NCBI RefSeq assembly: GCF_009914755.1
Contig: NC_060926.1
Length of the DNA stretch: 64,000 bases
From: the human T2T-CHM13v2.0 reference genome, Homo sapiens
Direction: 5' to 3' (one strand)
Positions 24,493 to 39,696 of the stretch are shown here, one piece after another. The notes beneath the pieces are model-generated. The model was not told the DNA's origin and ran no database searches. It worked only from the letters and a program-made list of their open reading frames with translations. Numbering within the stretch: the stretch's first letter is position 1; every line of letters starts with the position of its first letter. The position numbers and the translations under genes were made by a program.

Positions 24493-24871
24493 TGGGCAGC
24501 CCTGTCAGCCTGCTGCCCCGCCCCACCCCTCCCCTCCCCATCCCCAGCTGGCTGCGCCCTATTTAAAGCCCTCCTCTCAGTAAAACAGCTGATGCGTGCC
24601 TATTTTACATTCTTTTCTACCCTGGGTCTGACGAATCATGACTCTCACTGTGCTGGTAACTCCCCCGTTCTTGCTTCTCAGGAAGCAAATGTAGGAAAAA
24701 TATAGTAACATTTCTAAGGAAGCTTAGAGATACAAAATGTTTAAATGTAGCACAAAAATTGTGACTCTACTTATAATAACGTACAGAAGAATAACTCCAC
24801 AGTAGAAGTTAGGCATCCATGGCTGCAGGTTTTCTAAGAAATGAGACGTGTGGGTGACCCACTGCACTGCC

Positions 24872-24890
24872 CACTGCCCTCTGGAGGGAA
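24872..24890 (-). promoter_or_regulatory. CTCF-like motif
   Basis: Minus strand TTCCCTCCAGAGGGCAGTG fits the CCNSYAGRKGGCRS core; motif match only. Confidence 0.5.
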
Positions 24891-26069
24891 CCATGGGGTA
24901 ATTAGAGTCATTGGCCAAGAAGGGCCAGGGGTCCACGCAGCTTCCGCCCTGAGGAGTTGCACTGTGCAGTACAGCCAGGCGGCCACAGGAGCCACTGTGG
25001 CAGGGAATGCATGTGTCAGTGTGTCAGGCGTGGTCAGTAAAAGGAGTGTAGAAGGTAAACCGGAGAAAAACTCAGATTTTAATCCTTCGGAGTAATCTTT
25101 GGCCTCTCCTCCTTCCGTGTGTGATGTTTCTTTGTTTTTAATTTTTTGACCTTCTGCTTTTTGATTCGGGATTTTGGAGCCAGAATGCCTTGGCCCCGCC
25201 ATGAGGTCTGACTTGTGCTGGCTACTTTACCCTTGGTGCCTCCATTTCCTTCACTGGAAAATGGGTGATTGTGCAGAGTACAGTGAGTCAAACCATTGAG
25301 AGTGGTGCCTGGCACACAGCATTATTTAAGTATTTTTGCACTTAATTTCATGTAACATAAAGCACTAATAAGTAAAAAAAAAAAAAGAAAAAGGTATATT
25401 GCAACAAGAAAAAGGATGGTGCTGTGAACATGGGGTGTGGTTGCTAAAGGAATTTCTAAGAATCAGACTTCAAAAAAATTTTAATATTCTGGACAGAATT
25501 CTTTTCTACAGAATTCTTTGAACTTTAAGAGCATGATTGAAATTTCTGTTGCAGTGTGACTCCAGTTAGAGGTAAACTTAGTGGCTCTATCTAATGCTGA
25601 GATCTTTTTAAAGGATGATGTTTGCATCTGGCTTTGATCTTTTGAGAGGTATATTTATGTGTCCTGATTAAAAAGTACAGTGCTTTTCTTACAACTAAGA
25701 AGGCCTGAAACTTACTGTAAGGTTGTGTGTGTGTATGCGAATGTGTGTTTACATAACTGATCATATTTAAAATCATTTTCTTAGAAGTAGAAGGCTATAG
25801 AATATCTGTCATTTTTAGAGTGTGTAGATATGCTCTAGAAACAGACCACTGATCTGTAAAATGATCAGGTCAGTGATTCGGATTTGATTCTTGTGTGAAT
25901 CACAGAGTGCTATATTGCCTAGGATATAGATATCGATATTTAGTAATCTGAATTATTTTTCATTATTTTAAACTTAAAGATCTTTAACAGGTTAAGAAAA
26001 ATAATACTTCTGAAAATGTATTTCTAGCCCTTTAAAGTATTTCAGATCCAGGAAGTCATTTTGGGTTAG

Positions 26070-26464
<395 letters not shown>

Positions 26465-26481
26465 CAATATCACTATTTCTA

Positions 26482-26813
<332 letters not shown>

Positions 26814-28138
26814 CAGAAAGACCTAATTTAGACACATATTTCAAGAAGTTTCCCATTGTTTCTAATCATGTCACTTAGGTAGAAAGTAATGTTCTTTTCT
26901 TATCAATAGAAGGCAGCTTTTTTAAAGCTGATGTTTCTCAAATAGAGGCTACTGAGATTTGCTTTGAGTTCATAAAGCTTTCTAGAAAAAGCATGTACCT
27001 GGGTTGACCGCTACTGGCAGCTTTTTCTAACCATTGTTTTCTTCTGTCTGAAGTAAAAACCCTCTGGTGTGAAAGCTGCCATTCCTTTGTGAGGCCTGCC
27101 CATCACTCAGATCTATATTTTTCTCCGCAGCTGTTCCCAGAAGCTTCCTCAGACTGACTTCCTCCCTCCCAGGGCTGTTCCAGGGCCTCATTTTCCACTC
27201 CCTCCCAGACACCCTTCAAAATTGGATATTGTCGTCAAAGTGTCCAGGAACTCTTCAGCTCTGAGTCTTTGAGAACTCAGCTTGTAAGCTGCGTCCTGCC
27301 TGTGGAACTGCCGATCCTGGCTCAGCCGAGGGCAGTGTCTGAAGGATGGCGGAGGGGGTAGCGTTTGCAGAGGCTGAGAATGCTGTGTTAGCAGTTTCCA
27401 CCGGTGTCTTCCCAACAGCCTCTCGGAGCCTCCTGGGAACTCTTGATCTCTTTGGCCCTGAGTTTGAGAACCATAGATTTATTTAGACTGTTGATTTTTA
27501 ACTTTCTCAAGGCTCAGCTCATTATTTGTTTATTCCCAAAGGAGAGCCTTCTGCCCCATGGAATAAACAGCACTAAGCATCCTTCCCATTTGCCTGTGTT
27601 TGGTCAGGATAAGAACCTAGAAAAAGGAAAATGTTCCTTTCTTTGTTCCCGGGGAATGTGGGCATAGTCCTGGGTTTCACTTTAGCCCACCTGATGTCCT
27701 GCCTTTTAGATAGCTGATCTAGCCTCACAGATGTGCTTCTCCAGAAGTGGCCGGATCTCTGGTCCTCCTCCCTCCGCAGCACTGGGGTCAGCCGCATGTT
27801 ACTGATGCTGGGTTAAACATTGAGCCAGTACTTGCCTGTCACTGTTGGCTCAGCATGCAGTCATTATTGCAGAGGACATGGGAATAAGTCAATGACAAAA
27901 ACACTGTGCTTCTGACTTCAGGGAGGCTCAGAGGCATTAGTGACCTCCTACTAGAGTTTTTCCCCGAAACTCTTCTTTCTGGAATTGACTTCTTCTCCCC
28001 TCCCATTTTCACAGTGAGTGCAGCTTCCTTTCATCTGGGAACCAGAGTCCTCCCTGTCCTTGCCCTGCATCTAGGTCTCCTGGTCCTTCCTTCACAGTGT
28101 GTTCCTGGCGACCTCCCACATCATCCCACGTGTCCACA

Positions 28139-28442
28139 TTTTTTTTTTTTTTTGAGATGGTCTCCCTTTGTTGCCCAGGCTGGAGTGCAGTGGTGTGATC
28201 ATGGCTCACTGATGCCTTGAACTCCTGGATTCAAGCAATCCTCCTGCCTCTGCCTCCTTAGTAGCTGGGACTACAGGTGTGTAGCACCCCACTCAGCAAA
28301 TTTTTTTTTTTTAATTTTTCTGTAGAGACAGGCCCTCACTGTGTTATCCAGGCTGGTCTGTAACTCCTGGCCTCAATCCATCCACCTGCCTCAGCCTCCC
28401 AAAGTGTTGGAATTACAGGCATGAGCCACCTACCATCTGGCC
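28139..28442 (-). mobile_element. AluJ
   Basis: Poly-T plus both arms with J-type features. Confidence 0.93.
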
Positions 28443-28924
28443 GTCACTCACCTTTTTGCCAGTGAGTGCCAAGGACATTTTTCTTTAAGAAACCAACATC
28501 AGCAATTGCAGTTGTTTCTCGAATCCTCTAACACTGGCTTAGTCCCCCTTGTCCCTCTCCTTTCCAGCCACCCGCTTGAGGCAGACCTGTCTTCTCGCCG
28601 TCTGGTACACGTGCCGGCCTCCATCAGTCCATGCACCTTTGCTCATGCTGGTTTTTCATCCCTGGAATGCCTCCTTGTTTCCCACATGCTCAGCTCAGGG
28701 CCATCACCACTGCACCTGGAACCTGCTGGGCAGGTAACTTCAGTGTCATAGAAAGACCCCATGGTGTCTGGCATCTGTGCTTCATACTTCATGTCTTTCC
28801 TTCCCCTTCCCCAGTCCTCTGTCAGCACCCAATACCATAGTATCCCTTTGACACTATGGTTCATTTCTTATATGCTAGAGCATCCTGGTTTATGGATATT
28901 TTTTCTTTGGAAGACTTGAAGCAG

Positions 28925-29010
28925 CAGTCACCCACTCAACAACTATTTGAGCGCCTACTCTGAGCCAGGTGCTATTTCAGGCCCTGGTGATCCTGCGGTG
29001 GAAAAGGAGC
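28925..29010 (-). mobile_element. L2 3' end
   Basis: ACTCAACAACTATTTGAGCGCCTACTCTGAGCCAGGTGCT. Confidence 0.6.
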
Positions 29011-29202
29011 ACCCAAGTGCTTGCTCCCCTGAGCTCGTGTCTGGCAGGCTGCCTGGAGAATCGGTAGTGGTGTGGACTGTTGTCTTTTGTTCTTATGCAG
29101 TGTTTTGGGTAGTCCAGCAGTCTTTTCTTTAACTGTTTTTATTTGCCTTAAACAAGACAAAACCCTCCATTTATAAGAAAGATGTCAGAGGTACCAAAAT
29201 GA

Positions 29203-29552
<350 letters not shown>

Positions 29553-30155
29553 TCCAGCTATCTTAGTAACAGATGTTTTAGGTACCTGAGTCCTCCTCAC
29601 AGTAGCTGAGCCCTTACAGCAAGCCTTAACTTGGCTGTGTGATGATGGTCTGACTGGTCTGACAGATGCTCAGTATTTTCTGTGTTGGCAAAAATAAAAT
29701 TGATGTATTGGTCAGAATCTGGTGGCCCTCCCTGTGAATGGACCCCTTGGGCCCTGGTGTGTTGAGCCCCTGGAACAATGTATTTGGGTCCCAGAGTCAG
29801 ATTTGATCGTCTCAATTTGGGCAGGTGTCCACTGCAGGTCTGGTCATGTGGCTGGGGAAGGCACACACACAACGAACTCTAGACCTGGCTGTTGGGGCCT
29901 GTCCACTCTGTGGTGCGGTAGGGAGAGGAGGTGTCAAGTTCTCTGGGGCCTGGATGACGAAATCTGTGTTCCACAAGTACACTCAATTTTTAACTCACGT
30001 TTATTTTGTAACTTTTGTGAAGCATTCATTGGACACTGAGTACTGGGTATCATCTATAAAGCCACTTTTCTTTTTGAGTTATGTGTTGAAAGAAATGTGG
30101 CTTAATGAGCCGTGTAGATGTACAACTGAAAAAACGCTTTCTAAAATCATTACCA

Positions 30156-30285
30156 GTCCAGGCACCGGTGGCTTATGCCTGTAATCCCAGTGCAGGAGGA
30201 TCAGTTGAGGCCAGGAGCCTGAGGCCAGCCTGGGCTGTATAGCAAGGCCCTGTCTCTACAATGATAATAATAATATAATAATAAT
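30156..30285 (+). mobile_element. FLAM-like left Alu monomer with (TAA)n tail
   Basis: Left arm only, ending CCCTGTCTCTACAA then (TAA)n; flanks AAT(C/A)ATTACCA. Confidence 0.88.
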
Positions 30286-33200
30286 AATAATTACCAGATG
30301 GATTCATGTAGAAATTGAGTCACACCATGGTGTCTGAATACCTTGTCATCTGATGTTAGCTAAACTTTAGTTTTTAAAAAATAGTAATAAGTGGTATTTG
30401 TTGAGGGGTGGTTTTTACGTGTTAGTCATGTTGTAAGTAATTTGCACTGTGTGTGGCATGTGGGTGCCTAATCAATGAGAATTTGCCTGTTTCTTTGTGG
30501 ATTTTTAATTTTTCATGATGGGAAATTTCAAAATTTAAGAATCCTGAATCCTGGTGTGCCTGTCACTGGACATCAGTAGTTAACTCACCTCATTCCCTTC
30601 CCTGATCTCTGGGCTCCCTATTAGATTATTCAGATTCCAGGTAGATAGATAATTATTTTTAACCGAAATTTAGTTTTTAAAATTTAACTTCAGATTGATT
30701 TTGTTTGAACTTAATCATTTTTCCTCTGACTTGCTTATTTTTTTCAGTTGTCATTGTAGCACATTGATGTGTTCTTTCTTATCTCCTTTTGGGTTTTAAA
30801 CATTATTTATGAATTTATGCCTTAACTTAAATTGTCTACAGCTTCTGCTGTAGACAAAGGAGCTGTTTGTTTCATGCAACCTTTCAAGTGAAGAATAATC
30901 AGCTAATTACAACTGTTTGAAAATTAGCTTCCTTTTTGTTTGTTTGTTTTTCCTTCCTACCCTGGGAGCCTGGCTGGCATCACTGGGAGCACCACACCTC
31001 CCGGTGTGGTGAGCTTGGGAGCTACCTTGATTCACTTGGATTCTTTTAATGTGTATTTGTGTTTTTGTGCACTAATCAGGCTCATTATTTTCTCATCTGT
31101 AAATGAGAAACTTGGAATAGCTGGTCATCAAAAAGTTCCTTTTTGATTTTGTGGTTACCAAAACCAAAACAAAGCACCACCACCAACAAAAAAAACAGTG
31201 CGAGGGATAATTGTTGACCGTCAGTTGCTTAGGGAGTTAATGACTTCCACCTGGGAAATAATTTGAAAAAATGTCCCCCTTGTATTTTGGTTTGGCCCAA
31301 TTTGGTGTGGCCTGGAGCATGTCCCTTACTGCAGGCCACCTCTGGGGGTGTGGGTGCGGAGCAGGCCATGCCTGGCTGGGGACCTCCCCTAGGAATCTCA
31401 GTGCTCTGCCCTGCCATTCGCTCCCACTTCCTGTACGTTGCTACAGTGTCCTGGGTGGGGACACCCCAACTTCCGTCCCAGCGACAGAAACCGTACATCC
31501 TGGGTTTTCTGTAACACTCAGTTTCTTACCTTTTGCCCTTTATTTCTATAAGTCCTCCAAATATCTTAACATTTCAACATCTTCTTGAAGCAGCCAAAGC
31601 ACGTTTGGGGGAGGGAGTTCAGAACCCCTGTCACCATGCATATACCAGGTGGGCCCATTTGACTGGGACAGGGTGGCCGCCCTCCAGGGTGTACAGTCAC
31701 CCAGCTGTGGTTGGGGGCTGCTTCCTGTGCCATGCCATCTGCTAGCCTACCCACCCGTGGAGGGCTCCTGCATGCTGCCAGCCTTGGGTTGTCCCCTGGC
31801 CTGGCAGGGGACCTCTATGACATTTTGAGCATGATCAGAAAAAGGAACTTGTGGATTTTCTTTTAGGGTTAGCTGGTGAGCAGATGATGCCAGCTAGCAA
31901 GCCACCTTCCTCCTCCAGCCAGCCTCCCTCGTTTTAGCTCAGCCATCCCAGCAGGGCTGGACTTAGTCCAGGCTCCGGGCTCCCAGCTCCTGGCTGCAGG
32001 GATCTTTAGCAGTCGGACCACACGTGACTATTCGAGGGTACCATAGCCCTCTGGTTTCTTTCTGGTAGTCAGTACTGCTGACCTCACTTTTCAGATAATC
32101 TCTGCTCTCCTCTGGCCTTGGGGTTCTTCCTGACCCCTTGGAGCCTCTCTCAGTAAATGGAAACCTCCTAGGGGTTTCATATAGGCAGAATCTAGTATGG
32201 GGAGTGGCTTCACGAGAGTGTGAAGGGCTGGACAGCCAAAGGCATCTTCCCCAGAGATCAGAGACTAAGAAAGCTGCCGCTGTCCCTAGGTCTGAAGGGC
32301 AAAATGAGGCCTTGAGAGTTCCCAGAGCCTGAGAGCAGGTGCTCTCCTCACTGCTGCTGCCGCCGAGCAGGAATTCTGAGCCCACGGCCCTGCGGCTGTC
32401 ACTGGGCACTCCACCGATGGCAGCTGGAACCTTCTACTCTCGTCGCTGCTGCTTTAGGAACCTGCTGTCCCCATAGCCACGAGCCGGGGTGTTGCGGGGG
32501 GGCAACGCTTTGCCCTTCCTCCTGCCTTTTAATGTTGCACCTGGTTGTGTCTTTGACAGAACTTAACCAGAATCCAGCTGGCAAGGGTAGCTTTCAGGTA
32601 CAGAGGAGGGCTGGGGCAGTCCTCACACCAGGAGGCCACATCTTGCACACAGACTCCTGAGAGTGTGGGTGGAATGAAATGACCCAGTGCTCACCACCTG
32701 GCACGGCGTGGGTGGAGAGTGGTAGGTGCTGTGCATTTTCTGTATGGATCAATGGAAATGGGATATTGATAATCATGCGGATTATACCCACACACCAAAA
32801 TGGAAAAACAAAACAAATGAAAAGTTTAACATGACCTGCTTTGGCCAGTGGAAATGACTATAAATGACTTCAGTTGCAGCTGTTCTCCGGGTAACAGTCT
32901 GTGGACACCAATGCGCACAATTCCTATCAAGGTCCTGTGTGTAGAGCCACTGTGGACACTGTGGTTCTCTGGTGCATATGTTGTGGGTGGAGAAGCAGAC
33001 CACTTGAAGCCCTGGTAGGAACTGTTTGCTCCTGTCAAGCAGGAAACAAACACGTGCATCTTGAAAATGCCGAGCTCCCTTTGCAGTTCTGTGCTCGTAT
33101 TGAAGAGAGGATCGGTACTGGGGTGACAGCTCACAGGATTCCAGCAGCAGCACCTTGGTTTCGCCTAGCCGTTCAGCCTTTGCCTGTCTTCTTGTCATGG

Positions 33201-33957
33201 AAAGTTCTTTTGTTTGAGACCTGGACTTTGTGAGTCTCTCCTAGCTCCCTTATTTGCACCTGCCTTTTCTCCTCACCTTCTTCAGCTGTGCTTGGAGGAG
33301 CTGCCAAAGTGGCAGTAAAAGAAACCCCATTGAGCTCTGTGAAGTGAGAGAAATTTGTCCTAAGGACAAGATGTGTTGTGAAGGAGATGTTGGCAGGCCT
33401 CTGGGACTGGGTCCCGGGCTTAGAGGGGGACTGGGGACCTAGAAAGCCCCCTGCCTCTCAGCTCTATCCCTCTGCACATTACAGACTGGCCGTCCCTATC
33501 CCAGCACATGTGGTAGTGACCTTTGCCAACATCCTGGAGGCATGTGTCTCCAGCAGAGGCTGGAGCCTTCAGGATCTGTTCTGTGTTCTAGCCTTCAGGA
33601 AAGAGCTGCTTTGGCCCAGTTTGGTCAGCTGCCCACTCTGACCACATCTGCTGACCATCCTCTGTGGCGTGGGAAGTGGTGGTGTGTAAGAACACACCTG
33701 CCCTTAACACTGTGTGCATGGGGACCAGGGAAGGGCGGTGATGGCAGAGGGAAGAAGCCCTTGGTTCTGGGCAGCCTCTCCATGGGGATTTGCCGGCAGA
33801 GTTAACTCTCACAGAGTAATGCAGGATGCTGGTGGCTGCGTGAACCAAAGGTGCCCCTATTAACTGGAGTTTCTGCACATTCCTCCTTAGGCTGGGAAAT
33901 CATGCCCTTGTTACTGCACTGGTTATGTGTATCAATTGAGATAATGGTTATTTTTTT

Positions 33958-34180
<223 letters not shown>

Positions 34181-34225
34181 TAAGAATATCTTTTTTAAAC
34201 TTGGAAATTCAATATTTAAATGTTA

Positions 34226-34576
<351 letters not shown>

Positions 34577-35564
34577 TCATAAAATGTGTTTATTAAAATC
34601 ACTCCTGAAGAAAACAGAAAACACCTAGACTTGAGGCTTTTAATCTTTTTTAATTAACTAAAGGGGATACTTTAAGTTGATTGCCATGTGACTGTTATAT
34701 ATAGAGCTTCAGTCTGTCTGAATATGGCTGCATCTCTGCCACCTACCAAGTGGTGGGTGGCTGCGTCCAGCTGAACTTGGCTTCCTGGAGCTGGGTGCAG
34801 CCTCCTGGCTGCAGACCTGAAAAGGACTGCCCTTTCTTTGTGCTTTACACTTGGCCTTGTGGGCAGATGGAAAGGAGAGCTTGCTCTCCGCCCACGGGAG
34901 ACGTATGCAGGTGGAGGAGAGGAGGAAAGAGCTTTGATTTTTTTTTTTCCCACTAATCAGCTTTTGAATTGAGCCTCTTGGTCAGACCATGATTTAAAAT
35001 GCACACTCACATACATATACATAGTAATTCCCTAGCAGAAATGTAGCTTTGTAGAGTCCTCACGTTCTGTATGATGGATTAATTCCCTTAGTTATAGGAA
35101 GGAGAAACTGATATGGGGAAAACAGCCTGAATGCCATAGCCTACGAGACCGCCTTCACCCTCTCCCTCAGGATAGCGTGTACATATCCACATACTTCACA
35201 GCTCAGCGAATTCTCAAGACCTCCTGTGTGTGCTTCCTTGGGTTATTTAATTCAATTCTACTCTTTTCATAAACTACTCTAATTTCCGTTTTTCCAGTTT
35301 TGCCTTTACCTTATTCAATGGCATTATTTTAACTGAGCATATTTTGGACGTACTAGAAATGAAGCATATTTCCTTTGTTTTAAAATTTCTGGTTGCAAGA
35401 TTAATCAAGAATAATAAATATTTATTGTAGAATATTTGGAAGGTTTTTAAAGTGAAATTTCTATTAATAAAACCATTGCTTCTCAGCATCTAGATTAAGT
35501 TGGGACCTGATAGTCATAAATATTTAGATGTCTGTCACATTTATTTCCATAATATGGGAGAGAG

Positions 35565-35570
<6 letters not shown>

Positions 35571-35606
<36 letters not shown>
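35571..35606 (+). repeat. (AC)18 microsatellite
   Basis: Direct count; preceded by short (GA)/(TA) runs. Confidence 0.96.
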
Positions 35607-35608
<2 letters not shown>

Positions 35609-35859
35609 TCATCTAAAGGACACACACACATACTCTCTCCCTTTCTGGCTCTCTCATTTTCGTTTGGTATCTGGGTTAAAATTCTAATGTTCATCCTCAA
35701 ATCCTGCTTCTCGCTCATGTTCTGTGTCACATCCATATAGATGTTGAATAAAGTGATAACCACATTTTTGTCATCTATACCTGGGCACTATTGAGAGTGG
35801 GAGGGGTGCTGTCTGTAATTATGCTGAAACAACAGTCACCAGTCAGAGCCCCTGGTCAC

Positions 35860-36209
35860 TGATGTGGTCTGAATGTGTCCCTCATATGTTGAGATCCTAC
35901 CCCCCAAGGTGATGGTATTTGGAGGTGGGGCCTTTGGGAGGTGATTAGGTCGTAAGAGGGGAGCGCTTGCAAATGGGATTAATTTCCTTACGGAAGACAC
36001 CCCAGAGGGCCCCCTCACCCCTTCAGCATGTGAGGACACAGCAAGAAGCCGCCGTGTAGGAACCAGGAAGGAGGCCCTTACCAGACACTGAATTTCCTGG
36101 TACTTTGATCTTGGACTTCCAGCTTCCACAACTGTGGGAAATAACTTCCTTTGTTTATAAGCCACCATTCTGTGGTATTTTGTTACAGCCAGCCAAATGG
36201 ACTACCACA
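35860..36209 (+). mobile_element. MLT1A-type MaLR solo LTR
   Basis: TG...CA ends, exact 5-bp TSD GTCAC, GGTGGGGCCTTTGGGAGGTGATTAGGTC and ATGTGAGGACACAGCAAGAAG motifs. Confidence 0.92.
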
Positions 36210-36299
36210 GTCACCCAGCCTTGACTAAGTGACCCTCTCTTTTCTCATTGCCCGAATCTAGATTTTGTCTCTCACCTGGTCATGGTCTTCCTGTCTTCT

Positions 36300-36720
36300 T
36301 GCTTTCAGATTTTTCTCCCTCCCACCCACCTATTCCGGGGTTGGCTTTCAAAGATACAGATCTAATTGTTTTACTTCTCTTCTTATAAACTATTAGCTTC
36401 CCATTTCCTGGAGGTGCCTTTGTGTTGTCAAAGCACCTTTAAAATCTGATCTTTGCTCCACCTTCTACCATTCAGCCCTTGTGAATTTTATGAACATGAT
36501 TACTCTAGGTATTCCCAAGGGAGCCGTGCACTTTTTACACCTCTGTGCCTTTGCAGGTCCTGTTGCTGACACAGGGGCAGCCTTCTCCCATCTCCGCTTC
36601 CACCTCCACCACTCATCCCTTCCCACACTGCAAGACTTGACTAAATGCAATCTCCCTTTTGAAGCCTTCAGGATTCCCCCAGCCAGAACTAGTGACCCTC
36701 CTTGGCCTTCTAGTCCATGT
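36300..36720 (+). mobile_element. L2 fragment
   Basis: CACCTCTGTGCCTTTGCAGGTCCTGTT and AAATGCAATCTCCCTTTTGAAGCCTTC L2-like motifs. Confidence 0.5.
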
Positions 36721-36760
36721 ACGTCTGTTTCGTAATATTTCTGCACTCATTCCTGGAAGG

Positions 36761-36985
36761 CAGTACAGCCTAGCAGTTAAGATCTGGTTTGCTGGCATGA
36801 ATCATGACCTGCCATTGCCATAGTGTGACTTTGGGCTGGCAGAGGTCTTTGTGCATCAGTTTTATTATCTGAAAAATGGAGAAAATAGCAGTCTTGTAAG
36901 GTAGTTGTTAGGTTTATAATAAAGAGCAATGCATGAAAAGTACAGAGCCTGTGGCTTGGCAAGTGATAATCCTGCAATTTATGTT
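36761..36985 (+). mobile_element. MIR
   Basis: CAGTACAGCCTAGCAGTTAAGA start; TGTGACTTTGGGC...TCAGTTTTATTATCTGAAAAATGG core. Confidence 0.7.
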
Positions 36986-39228
36986 GTCTGTGACAGAGCT
37001 GTCGCCTCTCCGCAGTACGAAAATTTGTAGACATGTCTGTTTCTCCAGTTGGAATGAGTCTGTGATAAGGACTCTGGCCACGTAGTGATGCTCATTAGGC
37101 ATTTGCTGAATGAACTGGTATACGTGCATATGTATTCTTCCCTCTTTATTTCTTGCCGTAAATGCTTTTAACTGAAATAGGTACATACAGCTGTCAGTTT
37201 CTTGACTATGAAGTTGAGAATGTCCAAGTGAGTCCAAATTACCTGAAAACCTGCGGCCCATCAGGTCCCTCAAGCTGAGGGAGGAGCTCCTAGACAAAGA
37301 CCTGGTTTCCCAGGTTTGAGGTCCATTCCTTCCTTACTCTGTTCTTACTATGACTGCGGGAAGTTGCTTTTGGGCTTCCGCGAGAGTGGGAGCCTATCAC
37401 CGATCATCTCTTTCCCCTCTCTTTATAGGAGTAAGGGGACAACCCTCCTGGTCTGGCTGTAGGCAGGCGGGGTGGCCGGGCCCAGGGACTCAGGGTGGCC
37501 CTTCCTTCTGGTGTAGATGGATGGATTATCAGGCACATCCTGCTGATGGCTTCCACCAGCCCATGGGGATTAGTGATCTGCCTTCTCTCTCTGCCACCAA
37601 AAATCTCCCTAAAACTAGTTCCACTCTCTCCACAGCAGGTGTCAGAGTTGGGTTGATGGCCATTTGAGGACTTGAGAAGAAACAGTCTATATAATGAATG
37701 CTCTTTTCTTAAGTATTAAAGTTACTTTAAATTCTACACAAAATCTCACTTGAGGAATGCTGGCTATGTGAAGTGTCTTATGTTTTCATCCTCTCACTCT
37801 TGAACTCCATGCATAGGTAGTATGTGGTTTTAGTACTTTTTATTTTGTTAGAGCAGTTTTGTTTTCATGGCTAATTTAGCTCTCCTCATGCAACGTCAAA
37901 TGATAGAACCTGATCGTTTCTGAGAGTAGGGGGATCCGGCCCGTTGAAATCATTTGGCAAAATGGGCTGCAGCTGCCTGTAGAGGCGAAGTGGATGTCGG
38001 GGAGAAGAGGAGGTTGCAAAGGCTGTTAGGCTTGTGCTCAGCTCTGGCAGCCACAGCACCTGCCTCTCAGAGCTGGCTTCCAGTGACTAGTACTCACTTA
38101 CTGTCCCCAACGCTCCCAACTGGAGAGGCGTAGGGGGCAGTTACTCCAGACACTTGTGCTCACCGGCTTGGCGAAGAGGGTGGCAGCCTCACCTTTATTT
38201 CCGGTGTCATAACAAGCCCCATTTGCAGCTGAGTTGGTCGACTATCATTTGCAACAGGTAAGCCTTAAGGCCAGAGCCTTTTTGGGTACCTGGGATATAA
38301 CCGTGGAACAAGATAGATGGGGAAGCTGCCTTAGAATAAGAGTTGCAGAAGGCCAGAGCCCTGGGAGGTGGTTTAACTTTCTCTGCAGCACTGCTTTGCT
38401 TTCTGCCGCAGCAGCTGAGGAAGCCAATTTAACCTTGAATTTTCTTTAAGATGGTATGTAATCTTTTGAAGATGGAAAGTAATGGCAGTGGAATGTTCTG
38501 CGTGCTGTTTGTAGCCTCGCTAGAGCTTGGGTGGGCCCCCATCGCCCTCCTCCTTTGGGGAGCCTCTAAGAGTCACTAGAGGAGACTTCCCTGAGCTTCC
38601 TTCCTCGGAGTGAGGCATTAAATTGTGCCCGTGTTCTGGGGTAGCACCGTGAAGGCCCGCGTGGAACATGGTTTTTATTTAGAGTAAAAACAGCTCGATG
38701 CAGCGTTGCCTGTCTGAGCCAGACTTAGCTCTTCATCTTCACCTGCTTGTGGGAAGCTTCGTACACCACCAAGGCACAGGTTAATGTGCAGTATTTGCCA
38801 CCGTGGGTGCAGTTACTAGGAAGGCAGCCGTTCGCGGAGAATAATGGTGTGTTTTTTCCACCTTGTTCCTCTGAGCATCATGAAATACCTTAGCACGAAG
38901 AAACCCTGTAAATATTCTGGGTAATAGCCCTACATAAATGTATTCAGATTATGTTTTTTTTTCGCTAATAGGTGAAAAATGATGACCTCCACTCTTTCCA
39001 AGAGGGGTGGCCTGTTCCTGAGCGACTTCAGTGTGCTTCCCCACAGAGAGGGTTTTGCAGCTGGAAACAAGGGCATTTCTTCCCAGAAAGTGGGAGTTGT
39101 TTCGCTTCTCCCTTTATAGTACTGCCTTGTAGCAATCTGAAATGTGGATATATTTGGAATTTGCACGAGAAAATGAAACACCCTTTCTCTGCAGAAGACA
39201 GAGTGCCATTGCCTTTGCAGGTCACTGA

Positions 39229-39696
<468 letters not shown>

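Noticed and set aside
38125-38190. CTCF-like GCGTAGGGGGCAG and GAAGAGGGTGGCAG
   Set aside because: Both lack the conserved 5' CC of the core motif.
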